This document shows positions 13,001 through 25,608 of a stretch of DNA of 64,000 nt, piece by piece; position 1 is the stretch's first letter, and every line of letters begins with the position of its first letter. The DNA comes from Balanoglossus misakiensis (Eukaryota; Animalia; Hemichordata): the NCBI GenBank assembly GCA_040954595.2, contig CM082583.2, forward strand, positions 7,438,849-7,502,848, in the 5' to 3' direction. Under the pieces are notes generated by a model that saw only the letters and a list, made by a program, of their open reading frames with translations, was not told the origin of the DNA and made no database searches. A program made the position numbers and the translations under genes.

Positions 13001-16000
13001 ACCGTTGGATCGACGCTACTGACATTGACATCTGTAAGAGACAAACGTTGAGTTTGTTTGCGATGGAGAGCAACGGAAATATGGGGAATATTTCATTTGT
13101 TGATCACCTCATCAACGATATCTGAAAAACTGCAGGCTTGAGATCGTGACTGGGACCGTGAACCGCCGATGTTTTTTAGATACAAGTATTATGTAAAATG
13201 TGTTCAAAGTCAGGAGATAATGCAATAGAAAACGCTGATTCTGAACAATAAATTGACAGTCACGATTAGAGAAATAGTTCACGAGATCCCCATCTTTTAT
13301 TTTACGAAACAAGTGAAAATTTAAATTACTTTCTTTTTCAGTGATAGTGTGATACATAAGCTCTATTACGCAACAAACCAGGAGGGGAAAGTCGTTTAAA
13401 CCCCAGCTGTAGGTACACACAGGAGTTCGCGGCAACCATATATGGTTGTCAGAGTTTACTCAGATGAACAAGAGGGGTGGCGGGTTCATGTTGCTATGGT
13501 GAAATGAGGTGATCGGTCAGCCGGTGAACGACCAGGACTGACAATTATTTGCAAAGAATTTGAAGTGTACACATGACGTGACTAACCCAATTTTGTCCCC
13601 TCTGACTGGGTTTGCTCTGGGGATTGGCTTGTTGATCGATCAAACAACGGACCACAAGGAAAAGTCAGCGGAGAGATAAAAATAGACATGGGATTTGCTC
13701 GAACTCAAGTGTCAAGAAACGACAACGATTCAGAAACTAGGCATGGAATGTGATTGTCTGTCGTGAATGGCATTATTTGCCAAACGTTCCGCAAAACGAC
13801 TGACGATCACCATCAGTTCGCTTACCTTGATAGGTGTATAGAGTGGCCCCAATGTTTGTTGGCTGGTCACTATCACGCTGTATCGTAACTGTGTAATTAT
13901 CTATTGGAAAGGAAAATAAGCAGACATTTTATTTAACATTTTAAGCAAGACTGCATCAGATTCTATAATATTTTGTAAAATATTTTCCTCAGCAATTTAT
14001 GGCATAATATCCCTGAGATAAACTCACCCAGCGTCAGAGAGGGCGACAGACAAGTAATCGAGGTGGTGCTTATATATTGCACCATGTTTGTCGTGTACTG
14101 CGTGCCATCGCTGGACTCAAAGACGCACGAGAGTGAAGAACCCTGGGTAAAGCCAGCTCCGATTAAGGTCAACTGTAAAATAGAAGCAAATATAATTCAA
14201 CCTACCTGCAAAAATTGTTTACATGAGCTTATTAAGATGCAAAGTATTGATAGAAATTATCAATAGATCGGTGGAATGTTTGTTATTGGAGAATGCAGCA
14301 GTCTCTCACTCGCCTGACTACCAATTCGCCAAAAGTAAACAAATCAACCTATCAACAAACAAACATCACTCGAACACCTAGCACCCATCGTGACATCTGC
14401 AATACAGAAGCACCTACCTCTAATTGAGTTGATGTGGGTATGTAATTTGGGATAACCCAACCCACGCCGACACAGTCCGTGCCATTTCCACCGCATACAC
14501 CGCACGTATCATACGTTTTACCACTGGAATAGCATGTATTTCATACATTGATTAGAATCGATACAAGTTAGAAAAAATAGGATTTTACGCACGCGTTTCT
14601 CTGATTCAGCATGTACCAATTAGAAAGGAGATAGTTAACGTTATCGGAATCGCTCACTGATTTGCTCGGCCTTACCTGTTTGCTATCCCGTCGCATCCCA
14701 AGCATGACGTATTGCTCACCACGCCCTCGCAGCCGCAAGCGTGCTTGCCTTCATCGTCCCCGAGAGCTGTGCTGCCTCCAACGCAGACGCCGCAGTCGTT
14801 TGTGTATGCTCTGTCAAGACCTAAGAGCAGCGTTTGACAAGACCGACGTGAAGTTAATAGATTGGTCACAAATAACTATTGACTTTCCCTGTGACCGCAT
14901 TGTGACTACTTTGCTAAGTGTAGTTTATAATTCCACAAAAGGCTTAATTAATAGGGTATAAATTGCCCAGGTGTATATTTGTGAGATAGAATTAAAATCA
15001 TTTAGTCGACTTATTTCATTGAAACTCATAGCAATTTTCCACCATGAGGACTACGTGTGCACTCTCGGTTTTCTGGTCTGGAGCTTTACCCAGCAAGAAG
15101 AACAAGGACTTCATGTTGGTGGATTCGACTTTCCAATTGACGACGGCTAACATCTTTGAACTGGTTACGTTGTCTCATGCCAGCTTTGACAATTAAACAC
15201 GTGCCTGGGGCAGTGCCAATGCCGATAAACAAACGTAACTGTTTTAACAATAGCGGGTGTGACGTGTTAACTTCCACTTTCAAACTTTATTGTGAGGTTG
15301 CTATTTGAGACAGGCTCTTCTGGAAACGGCCTTGCCATTTGTCTTGATGATGATGGCTGCATCTGGTGGGTTCTGGTTGGCAGATGTTTCGAGAATGGTT
15401 TTGGGCGGTCCATATTTCCCCCCCCTGTCCTTACCTGGTAGGACGCATGTGCCAGAGCAGTCCATGTGTTTACTGGCTGTGCTGTTTGTACCGGAAGAAG
15501 GTTCACAGTAGCCACAATCATCTTCTATCCATCCGCCGTCACAAATATCTCGGCAGTCCAGGCGGTTGTCGTTGGCGGTCTCTGCTCGTCCCGTAGCTCC
15601 CCCTGATGGTCAGAATCATAGAAAAAAAATTAACATAGAACAGAATCGTAAAGACAGTGTTCATCCTGCAAGAATTCCAAGAATTCCTACCACACATTGA
15701 ATAATGAACTCTTTTCTCGCCCAATATGAGGACCACGTTGTATGGTCACTGCGACTAGAGAAAACACATCGATTCATTTGTTTGTCCCTTCTACATCCAT
15801 GAGTGCATTCAACTTCTCTGCTTACAGCAAGAAACATTGGAGCCACGTGTTTAATAATACGATTAAGAAACGTAAAATCTTAGTTTTTTTTTCTTTTAAT
15901 GAAGAGAACCATTCAAATCAAAACCATTATATAACTTCGACTTTTTTTTACAATCGCCGCTCCCCGAGATTATCCTGCTGAAGGACGGACTCACCAACAC

Positions 16001-19000
16001 ATTCGCCGCAATCATCAACAATCGCGGTCCCGTTGCAAGTTCCGTGGCAGTCCCAGGTGATGCGATAATCGCTGGCTGCTTTGCACAGCCCACACTTGTC
16101 TTCACCGAAGGTGTCACTTCGTCCAGTTGTACCACCGACGCATTCGCTGCAGTCGTTGATGTAGGCGGTACCGTTGCACTGTCCGGCGCAGTCTTCTGTA
16201 GCGTCGCCGTTGCACACGCCGGCACAGTCTTCACTAGCACCACCGTTGCACTCACCGGCGCAATCGGTGATTCCAAAACATACCACTATCAAATGAGAGA
16301 TGTGTAAAATCCATATTAGAACATTCTGCATAAGGCTACAATACCTGTTATTTTTTGGTATTTTTTCAGTATGTATGCATTTGTTATATGACTCAAGTGC
16401 ATATTTTCTTGTTCGACTTCCCAGAGCATATTATGGACTAGTTAGTATTCAGTTTATAAATACAACCCGGATTATTACTTCAGTCGAAATCCCTCATCAG
16501 AACATTTGCAGCACCACACCATAAAAACTGAACACTACCGAGATTATGCGAAATGACTTTGCATATAACGTCGTGTTTTAGCCAAAACTTACCGACATCC
16601 GATGAGGAGAAAATGCTGGAATCGATGGAACTGTCTTGAGAGCTTTCAAACAGCACACTCGATGATAGGGACTCGGCCATGAAGTCCGTGCCGAGATCGT
16701 AGGGCATGGAGTCTGTGGAGTCGCTATGAATATCACTCGGCACGGGGTCAGTATTGTCCGAAAAGAAGGATTCTGAGTTGACATCACTGGATAGACTCTC
16801 TGCTTGTGACTCACTCTGGTGGCTTGCTGACAAGGAGTTGGAACTACTGTCGAGTCCCAACGATTCACTGCTCGATAGTGTGTCTGAAGGCAAGGAGTCT
16901 GAGCTTTCAACAGGGGAGTGACTTGCGTGTGAAAGGGAAGATACTGACGAGCCCAAATTAAAATCACTGAGCTGACTACTAGAATGAGTATCCGATGACA
17001 GAGAATCTGCATGATGTTCACTTAATTGACTACCAGATGTTAAATCTGATGACAGAGAATCTGAATGATGTTCACTTAATTGACTACCAGATGTTAAATC
17101 TGATGACATAGAGTCCGAATGATGTTCACTTAATTGACTACCAGATGCTAAATCTGATGACAGAGAATCTGCATGTTCACTTAATTGACTACCAGATGTT
17201 AAATCTGATGACATAGAGTCCGAATGATGTTCACTTAATTGACTACCAGATGGTAAGTCTGATGACAGAGAATCTGCATGTTCACTTAATTGACTACCAG
17301 ATGTTAAATCTGATGACATAGAGTCCGAATGATGTTCACTTAATTGACTACCAGATGGTAAGTCTGATGACAGAGAATCTGCATGTTCACTTACTTGACT
17401 ACCAGATGTTAAATCTGATGACATAGAGTCCGAATGATGTTCACTTATTTGACTACCAGATGGTAAGTCTGATGACAGAGAATCTGCATGTTCACTTAAT
17501 TGACTACCAGATGTTAAATCTGATGACAGAGAATCTGAATGATGTTCACTTAATTGACTACCAGATGTTAAATCTGATGACATAGAGTCCGAATGATGTT
17601 CACTTAATTGACTACCAGATGGTAAGTCTGATGACAGAGAATCTGCATGTTCACTTAATTGACTACCAGATGTTAAATCTGATGACAGAGAATCTGAATG
17701 ATGTTCACTTAATTGACTACCAGATGTTAAATCTGATGACATAGAGTCCGAATGATGTTCACTTAATTGACTACCAGATGTTAAATCTGATGACATAGAG
17801 TCCGAATGATGTTCACTTAATTGACTACCAGATGGTAAGTCTGATGACAGAGAATCTGCATGTTCACTTAATTGACTACCAGATGTTAAATCTGATGACA
17901 TAGAGTCCGAATGATGTTCACTTAATTGACTACCAGATGGTAAGTCTGATGACAGAGAATCTGCATGTTCACTTAATTGACTACCAGATGTTAAATCTGA
18001 TGACATAGAGTCCGAATGATGTTCACTTAATTGACTACCAGATGGTAAGTCTGATGGCAGAGAATCTGCATGTTCACTTAATTGACTACCAGATGTTAAA
18101 TCTGATGACAGAGAATCTGAATGATGTTCACTTAATTGACTACCAGATGGTAAGTCTGAAGGAAGTGAGTCTGCATGAGATTCACTTAATTGACTACCAG
18201 ATGGTAAATCTGAAGGAAGTGAGTCTGCATGAGATTCACTTAATTGACTACCAGATGGTAAGTCTGAAGGAAGTGAGTCTGCATGAGATTCACTTAATTG
18301 ACTACCAGAAGTTAAATCTGATGCCATGATGTCTGCATGAGATTCACTTAATTGACTACCAGATGGTAAGTCTGAAGGAAGTGAGTCTGCATGAGATTCA
18401 CTTAATTGACTACCAGATGGTAAGTCTGAAGGAAGTGAGTCTGCATGAGATTCACTTAATTGACTGCCGGATGGTAATTCTGATGGAAGTGAGTCTGCAT
18501 GAGATTCACTTAATTGACTACCAGATGGTAAGTCTGATGGAAGTGAGTCTGCATGAGATTCACTTAATTGACTGCCGGATGGTAAGTCTGATGGAAGTGA
18601 GTCTGCATGAGATTCACTTAATTGACTACCAGATGGTAAGTCTGAAGGAAGTGAGTCTGCATGAGATTCACTTAATTGACTACCAGAAGTTAAATCTGAT
18701 GCCATGATGTCTGCATGAGATTCACTTAATTGACTACCAGATGGTAAGTCTGAAGGAAGTGAGTCTGCATGAGATTCACTTAATTGACTACCGGATGGTA
18801 AGTCTGAAGGAAGTGAGTCTGCATGAGATTCACTTAATTGACTGCCGGATGGTAAGTCTGATGGAAGTGAGTCTGCATGAGATTCACTTAATTGACTACC
18901 AGATGGTAAGTCTGAAGGAAGTGAGTCTGCATGAGATTCACTTAATTGGCTACCAGATGGTAAGTCTGATGGAAGTGAGTCTGCATGAGATTCACTTAAT

Positions 19001-22000
19001 TGACTGCCGGATGGTAAGTCTGATGGAAGTGAGTCTGCATGAGATTCACTTAATTGACTACCAGATGGTAAGTCTGAAGGAAGTGAGTCTGCATGAGATT
19101 CACTTAATTGACTGCCGGATGGTAAGTCTGATGGAAGTGAGTCTGCATGAGATTCACTTAATTGACTACCAGATGGTAAGTCTGAAGGAAGTGAGTCTGC
19201 ATGAGATTCACTTAATTGACTGCCGGATGGTAAGTCTGATGGAAGTGAGTCTGCATGAGATTCACTTAATTGACTGCCGGATGTTAAGTCCGAAGGAAGT
19301 GAGTCTGCATGAGATTCACTTATTTGACTACCAGAAGTTAAATCTGATGCCATGATGTCTGCATGAGATTCACTTAATTGAATACCAGATGGTAAGTCTG
19401 AAGGAAGTGAGTCTGCATGAGATTCACTTATTTGACTACCAGATGGTAAGTCTGAAGGAAGTGAGTCTGCATGAGATTCACTTAATTGACTGCCGGATGT
19501 TAAGTCCGAAGGAAGTGAGTCTGCATGAGATTCACTTATTTGACTACCAGAAGTTAAATCTGATGCCATGATGTCTGCATGAGATTCACTTAATTGACTA
19601 CCAGATGGTAAGTCTGAAGGAAGTGAGTCTGCATGAGATTCACTTAATTGACTGCCGGATGGTAAGTCTGATGGAAGTGAGTCTGCATGAGATTCACTTA
19701 ATTGACTACCAGATGGTAAGTCTGAAGGAAGTGAGTCTGCATGAGATTCACTTAATTGACTGCCGGATGGTAAGTCTGATGGAAGTGAGTCTGCATGAGA
19801 TTCACTTAATTGACTACCAGATGGTAAGTCTGATGGAAGTGAGTCTGCATGAGATTCACTTAATTGACTACCAGATGGTAAGTCTGAAGGAAGTGAGTCT
19901 GCATGAGATTCACTTAATTGACTGCCGGATGGTAAGTCTGATGGAAGTGAGTCTGCATGAGATTCACTTAATTGACTACCAGATGGTAAGTCTGAAGGAA
20001 GTGAGTCTGCATGAGATTCACTTATTTGACTACCAGATGGTAAGTCTGAAGGAAGTGAGTCTGCATGAGATTCACTTAATTGACTGCCGGATGTTAAGTC
20101 CGAAGGAAGTGAGTCTGCATGAGATTCACTTATTTGACTACCAGAAGTTAAATCTGATGCCATGATGTCTGCATGAGATTCACTTAATTGACTGCCGAAT
20201 GGTAAGTCCGAAGGAAGGGAGTCTGCATGAGATTCACTTATTTGACTACCAGATGGTAAGTCTGAAGGAAGTGAGTCTGCATGAGATTCACTTAATTGAC
20301 TGCCGGATGTTAAGTCCGAAGGAAGTGAGTCTGCATGAGATTCACTTAATTGACTGCCAGATGGTAAGTCTGAAGGAAGTGAGTCTGCATGAGATTCACT
20401 TAATTGACTTCCAGATGGTAAGTCTGAAGGAAGTGAGTCTGCATGAGATTCACTTAATTGACTGCCGGATGGTAAGTCTGATGGAAGTGAGTCTGCATGA
20501 GATTCACTTAATTGACTACCAGATGGTAAGTCTGAAGGAAGTGAGTCTGCATGAGATTCACTTAATTGACTGCCGGATGTTAAGTCCGAAGGAAGTGAGT
20601 CTGCATGAGATTCACTTAATTGACTGCCAGATGGTAAGTCTGAAGGAAGTGAGTCTGCATGAGATTCACTTAATTGACTTCCAGATGGTAAGTCTGAAGG
20701 AAGTGAGTCTGCATGAGATTCACTTAATTGACTGCCGGATGGTAAGTCTGAAGGAAGTGAGTCTGCATGAGATTCACTTAATTGACTGCCAGATGGTAAG
20801 TCTGAAGGAAGTGAGTCTGCATGAGATTCACTTAATTGACTACCAGATGGTAAGTCTGAAGGAAGTGAGTCTGCATGAGATTCACTTAATTGACTACCAG
20901 ATGGTAAGTCTGAAGGAAGTGAGTCTGCATGAGATTCACTTAATTGACTACCAGATGGTAAGTCTGAAGGAAGTGAGTCTGCATGAGATTCACTTAATTG
21001 AATACCAGATGTTAAGTCTGAAGCCATGATGTCTGCATGAGATTCACTTAATTGACTACCAGATGGTAAGTCTGAAGGAAGTGAGTCTGCATGAGATTCA
21101 CTTAATTGACTACCAGATGGTAAGTCTGAAGGAAGTGAGTCTGCATGAGATTCACTTAATTGACTGCCAGATGGAAAGTCTGAAGGAAGTGAGTCTGCAT
21201 GAGATTCACTTAATTGACTGCCAGATGGAAAGTCTGAAGGAAGTGAGTCTGCATGAGATTCACTTAATTGGCTACCAGATGGTAAGTCTGAAGGAAGTGA
21301 GTCTGCATGAGATTCACTTAATTGACTGCCAGATGGAAAGTCTGAAGGAAGTGAGTCTGCATGAGATTCACTTAATTGACTACCAGATGGTAAGTCTGAG
21401 GGAAGTGAGTCTGCATGAGATTCACTTAATTGACTACCAGAACTACCAGATGGTAAGTCTGAGGGAAGTGAGTCTGCATGAGATTCACTTAATTGACTAC
21501 CAGAAGTTAAATCTGATGCCATGATGTCTGCATGAGATTCACTTAATTGACTACCAGATGGTAAGTCTGAAGGAAGTGAGTCTGCATGAGATTCACTTAA
21601 TTGACTGCCAGATGGTAAGTCTGAAGGAAGTGAGTCTGCATGAGATTCACTTAATTGACTGCCAGATGGTAAGTCTGAGGGAAGTGAGTCTGCATGAGAT
21701 TCACTTAATTGGCTACCAGATGGTAAGTCTGGAGGAAGTGAGTCTGCATGAGATTCACTTAATTGACTACCGGATGGTAAGTCTGAAGGAAGTGAGTCTG
21801 CATGAGATTCACTTAATTGACTACCGGATGGTAAGTCTGAAGGAAGTGAGTCTGCATGAGATTCACTTAATTGACTACCAGATGGTAAGTCTGAGGGAAG
21901 TGAGTCTGCATGAGATTCACTTAATTGGCTACCAGATGGTAAGTCTGAGGGAAGTGAGTCTGCATGAGATTCACTTAATTGGCTACCAGATAGTAAGTCT

Positions 22001-25000
22001 GAAGGAAGTGAGTCTGCATGAGATTCACTTAATTGACTACCGGATGGTAAGTCTGAAGGAAGTGAGTCTGCATGAGATTCACTTAATTGACTACCAGAAG
22101 TTAAATCTGATGCCATGATGTCTGCAGGAGATTCACTTAATTGACTGCCAGATGGTAAGTCTGAGGGAAGTGAGTCTGCATGAGATTCACTTAATTGGCT
22201 ACCAGATGGTAAGTCTGAAGGAAGTGAGTCTGCATGAGATTCACTTAATTGACTACCAGAAGTTAAATCTGATGCCATGATGTCTGCATGAGATTCACTT
22301 AATTGGCTACCAGATGGTAAGTCTGAAGGAAGTGAGTCTGCATGAGATTCACTTAATTGACTGCCAGATGGTAAGTCTGAGGGAAGTGAGTCTGCATGAG
22401 ATTCACTTAATTGGCTACCAGATGGTAAGTCTGAAGGAAGTGAGTCTGCATGAGATTCACTTAATTGACTGCCAGATGTTAAGTCTGAAGGAAGTGAGTC
22501 TGCATGAGATTCACTTAATTGACTACCAGATGGTAAGTCTGAGGGAAGTGAGTCTGCATGAGATTCACTTAATTGACTACCAGATGGTAAGTCCGAAGGA
22601 AGTGAGTCTGAATGAGATTCACTTAATTGACTACCAGATGGTAAGTTCGAAGGAAGTGAGTCTGCATGAGATTCACTTAATTGACTGCCAGATGGTAAGT
22701 CTGAAGGAAGTGAGTCTGCATGAGATTCACTTAATTGGCTACCAGATGGTAAGTCTGAAGGAAGTGAGTCTGCATGAGATTCACTTAATTGGCTACCAGA
22801 TGGTAAGTCTGAAGGAAGTGAGTCTGCATGAGATTCACTTAATTGACTGCCAGATGGAAAGTCTGAAGGAAGTGAGTCTGCATGAGATTCACTTAATTGA
22901 CTACCAGATGGTAAGTCTGAAGGAAGTGAGTCTGCATGAGATTCACTTAATTGAATACCAGATGTTAAGTCTGAAGGAAGTGAGTCTGCATGAGATTCAC
23001 TTAATTGGCTACCAGATGGTAAGTCTGAAGGAAGTGAGTCTGCATGAGATTCACTTAATTGACTGCCAGATGGAAAGTCTGAAGGAAGTGAGTCTGCATG
23101 AGATTCACTTAATTGACTACCAGATGGTAAGTCTGAAGGAAGTGAGTCTGCATGAGATTCACTTAATTGAATACCAGATGGTAAGTCTGAGGGAAGTGAG
23201 TCTGCATGAGATTCACTTAATTGGCTACCAGATGGTAAGTCTGAAGGAAGTGAGTCTGCATGAGATTCACTTAATTGACTGCCAGATGGTAAGTCTGAAG
23301 GAAGTGAGTCTGCATGAGATTCACTTAATTGGCTACCAGATGGTAAGTCTGAAGGAAGTGAGTCTGCATGAGATTCACTTAATTGGCTACCGGATGGTAA
23401 GTCTGAAGGAAGTGAGCCTGCATGAGATTCACTTAATTGACTACCAGAAGTTAAATCTGATGCCATGATGTCTGCATGAGATTCACTTAATTGACTACCA
23501 GATGGTAAGTCTGAAGGAAGTGAGTCTGCATGAGATTCACTTAATTGACTGCCAGATGGTAAGTCTGAAGGAAGTGAGTCTGCATGAGATTCAATTAATT
23601 GGCTACCAGATGGTAAGTCTGAAGGAAGTGAGTCTGCATGAGATTCACTTAATTGACTACCAGATGTTAAGTCTGAAGCCATGATGTCTGCATGTGATTC
23701 ACTTAATTGACTGCCAGATGGTAAGTCTGAAGGAAGTGAGTCTGCATGAGATTCACTTAATTGACTACCAGATGTTAAGTCTGAAGGAAGTGAGTCTGCA
23801 TGAGATTCACTTAATTGACTACCAGATGGTAAGTCTGATGACAGAGAATCTGCATGTTCACTTAATTGACTACCAGATGGTAAGTCTGATGACAGAGAAT
23901 CTGCATGAGATTCACTTAATTGACTACCAGATGTTAAATCTGAAGGAAGTGAGTCTGCATGATGTTCAATTAATTGACTACCAGATGGTAAGTCTGAAGG
24001 AAGTGAGTCTGCATGAGATTCACTTACTAATTGACTACCAGATGGTAAGTCTGAAGGAAGTGAGTCTGCATGAGATTCACTTAACTGACTTCCAGAAAGT
24101 AGGTCACTCAATTGACTACCAGAAAGTAGGTCAGAAATCATGGAACTTAATTCGAAATCGCTCACCATACTGTCTGATGGAAAATCCGAAGGCATAGAGT
24201 CTGCGTAAAAATCACTCAATTGACTATCAGATGGTAAGTTAGAAAGCATCGAGCTCAATTTGAACTCGCTCACCATACTATCTGATGGAAAATCCGAAGG
24301 AATAGAGGCTGCGTAAAGATCACTCAATTGACTATCAGAAGGTAAGTTAGAAAGCATCGAGCTCAATTTGAACTCGCTCACCATACTATCTGATGGAAAA
24401 TCCGAAGGAATAGAGGCTGCGTAAAGATCACTCAATTGACTATCAGAAGGTAAGTTAGAAAGCATCGAGCTCAATTTGAACTCGCTCACCATACTATCTG
24501 AAGGAAAATCCGAAGGAATAGAGTTCGCGTGAAGGTCACTGAGTTGACTATCAGAAGGTAAGTTAGAAAGCATCGGGCTCAATTTGAACTCGCTCACCAT
24601 ACTGTCTGATGGAAAATCCGAAGGAATAGAGTCTGCGTAAAGATCACTCAATTGACTATCAGAAGGTAAGTTAGAAAGCATCGAGCTCAATTTGAACTCG
24701 CTCACCATACTGTCTGATCGAAAATCCGAAGGAATAGAGTCTGAGTAAAGATCACTTAATTGACTACCAGAAGGTAAGTCAGAAATCATGGAACTTAATT
24801 TAAACTCACTCACCATACTGTCTGATGGAAAATCCGAAGGAATAGAGTCTGCGTAAAGATCACTCAATTGACTACCAGAAGGTAAGTCAGAAATCATGGA
24901 ACTTAATTTTAACTCACTCACCATACTATCTGAAGGAAAATCCGAAGGAATAGAGTTCGCGTGAAGGTCACTGAGTTGACTACCAGAAGGTAGGTCTGAA

Positions 25001-25608
25001 GACAGAGCACCTGCATGGGTATCACTAAGTTGATTGCTTGATAGTAAATCAGAAATTAAAGAATTTACATTGATATCACTTTGTTGGCTTCCAGAAAGTA
25101 ATTCCGATAGCAGAGATTCAGAATGGGACACGCTTTGTTGACTCCCCAGTTGTAAGTCAGAAGTAATGGAATCGCTGAGGTCACTGATTAGATTGCCTTG
25201 TGTTAAATCAGACACTGAAGAGTGTGAATTGTCGTTGTTGAATTGACTGCCAGACTGTGAGTCATAAGGCATGCCCATACTCTCATCCCCGTTGGACTGG
25301 AAACTGGAGAGTAAGGAGTCCGCATTTTCGCTCGTGACATTGCTTGTGTCAGACGCTGAATTTAAAAGCTGCAAGTCCGAATCACTTTCACTCTGCTGGC
25401 TCCCAAGCTGGAGAGTTGAAGTCAAAGAGTTTGTCTGGTGACTGTCCGTGGGAATAAGTGATTGGGAGTGATCACTACTTTGGCTTTCACTCGGGTGGTA
25501 ATAACTGTCGCTTGATGCAGAAATTCCAGCGGAGCCCCCGTTTGCGCACACGCTCCACACATTGAAGGTGCCCACATAAAACAAAGTGACGGCGAGTAGG
25601 TGTTTCAT
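4095..25608 (-). CDS. Paralog A: PKD/REJ-like, GPS-containing single-pass membrane protein with ~3000-aa Ser/Asp repeat ectodomain (~4548 aa, 27 exons)
   Basis: Hand-built GT-AG exons: 16593-25608, 15995-16285, 15435-15602, 14676-14820, 14418-14523, 14028-14172, 13826-13900, 12885-13031, 12391-12606, 11334-11510, 10938-11210, 10592-10781, 10282-10433, 9839-10071, 9478-9684, 9101-9338, 8575-8735, 7780-7965, 7457-7580, 7099-7323, 6810-6969, 6405-6578, 6080-6240, 5734-5958, 5395-5445, 4709-4744, 4095-4459. Sum is 13647 nt, divisible by 3. Signal peptide MKHLLAVTLFYVGTFNVWSVCA; GPS CKYW..WSTDG..CHVTHLSEF; TM VWIIVGALAGGVVLVIVVVVIILVI followed by a basic stop-transfer segment. Confidence 0.88.
5734..5958 (-). 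other. GPS autoproteolysis motif exon (end of GAIN domain), paralog A
   Basis: YTCKYWDEGTSAWSTDGVTTVEIDSTTVECHVTHL|SEFSVF; the H-L-S triad is at 5771-5779. Near-identical exons lie at 31542-31766 and 52615-52839. Confidence 0.9.
7457..11510 (-). other. PKD/REJ-like region (paralog A)
   Basis: Successive beta-rich modules with REJ-type motifs: INGRKSTGSGARTMTYTW, YNFSLTVTNFLG, LVAIIRG..LEIDGSYSVDPD...MTYSWTC, YEFTLTISK, YSVQVTATD, DAYPLSYQI. They lie between the IPT domains and the GAIN/GPS, as in polycystin-1/REJ family proteins. Assigned by motif recognition, not an HMM hit. Confidence 0.7.
12391..14460 (-). other. Two IPT/TIG-like Ig-fold domains (paralog A)
   Basis: WVIPNYIP..LTLIGAGF....LSCVF....YISTTSITCLSP...YTVTI..TLYTY fits the IPT/TIG pattern. 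A second, more degenerate unit follows (VSSVDP..ITVTV..GAF..MEFDVP..PSVNG..ITVY). Confidence 0.65.
14418..16285 (-). other. Cys-rich DCxGxC / DxCGxC repeat region (exons 2-5 of A; equivalents 39804-42278 in B, ~59740-62579 in C)
   Basis: DCAGECNG, DCAGVCNG, DCAGQCNG, DCSECVGG, DKCGLC, DCHGTCNG, DDCGECVGG, DCRDICDG, DDCGYC, DCSGTC, DCGVCVGG, ending CLGCDGIANSGKTYDTCGVCGGNGTDC. Confidence 0.85.
17000..24095 (-). repeat. Coding minisatellite, 54-bp unit (18 aa SESHADSLPSDLPSGSQL), roughly 130 units, with 51-bp variants
   Basis: + strand unit tctgcatgagattcacttaattgactaccagatggtaagtctgaaggaagtgag repeats continuously. The block at ~17000-18130 largely alternates 54-bp (SEHHSDSMSSDLT) and 51-bp (SEHADSLSSDLP) units. 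Confidence 0.97.
24105..25000 (-). repeat. Coding tandem repeat, 108-bp unit (36 aa = diverged dimer of the 18-aa unit), about 8 copies
   Basis: aaaatccgaagg recurs at 24181, 24289 and onward with 108-bp spacing. Peptide SDSQLSDLYADSIPSDFP-SDSMVSEFKLSSMLSNLP. Confidence 0.93.

Noticed and set aside
13433-13448. Perfect 16-bp palindrome CAACCATATATGGTTG in an intron of A; also a weak foldback at ~12155-12290
   Set aside because: Isolated and absent from paralogous introns; possibly MITE debris, but boundaries are unsupported.
17000-24095. Possible CRISPR-like array or non-coding satellite
   Set aside because: Units are contiguous with no unique spacers, lie in-frame in a eukaryotic exon, and there are no cas genes.
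18042-24197. Plus-strand ORFs of MVSLKEVSLHEIHLIDYQ repeats
   Set aside because: Antisense shadows of the 54-bp coding array. They are broken repeatedly by stops, whereas the minus frame is open for 9 kb with a signal peptide and a splice donor.
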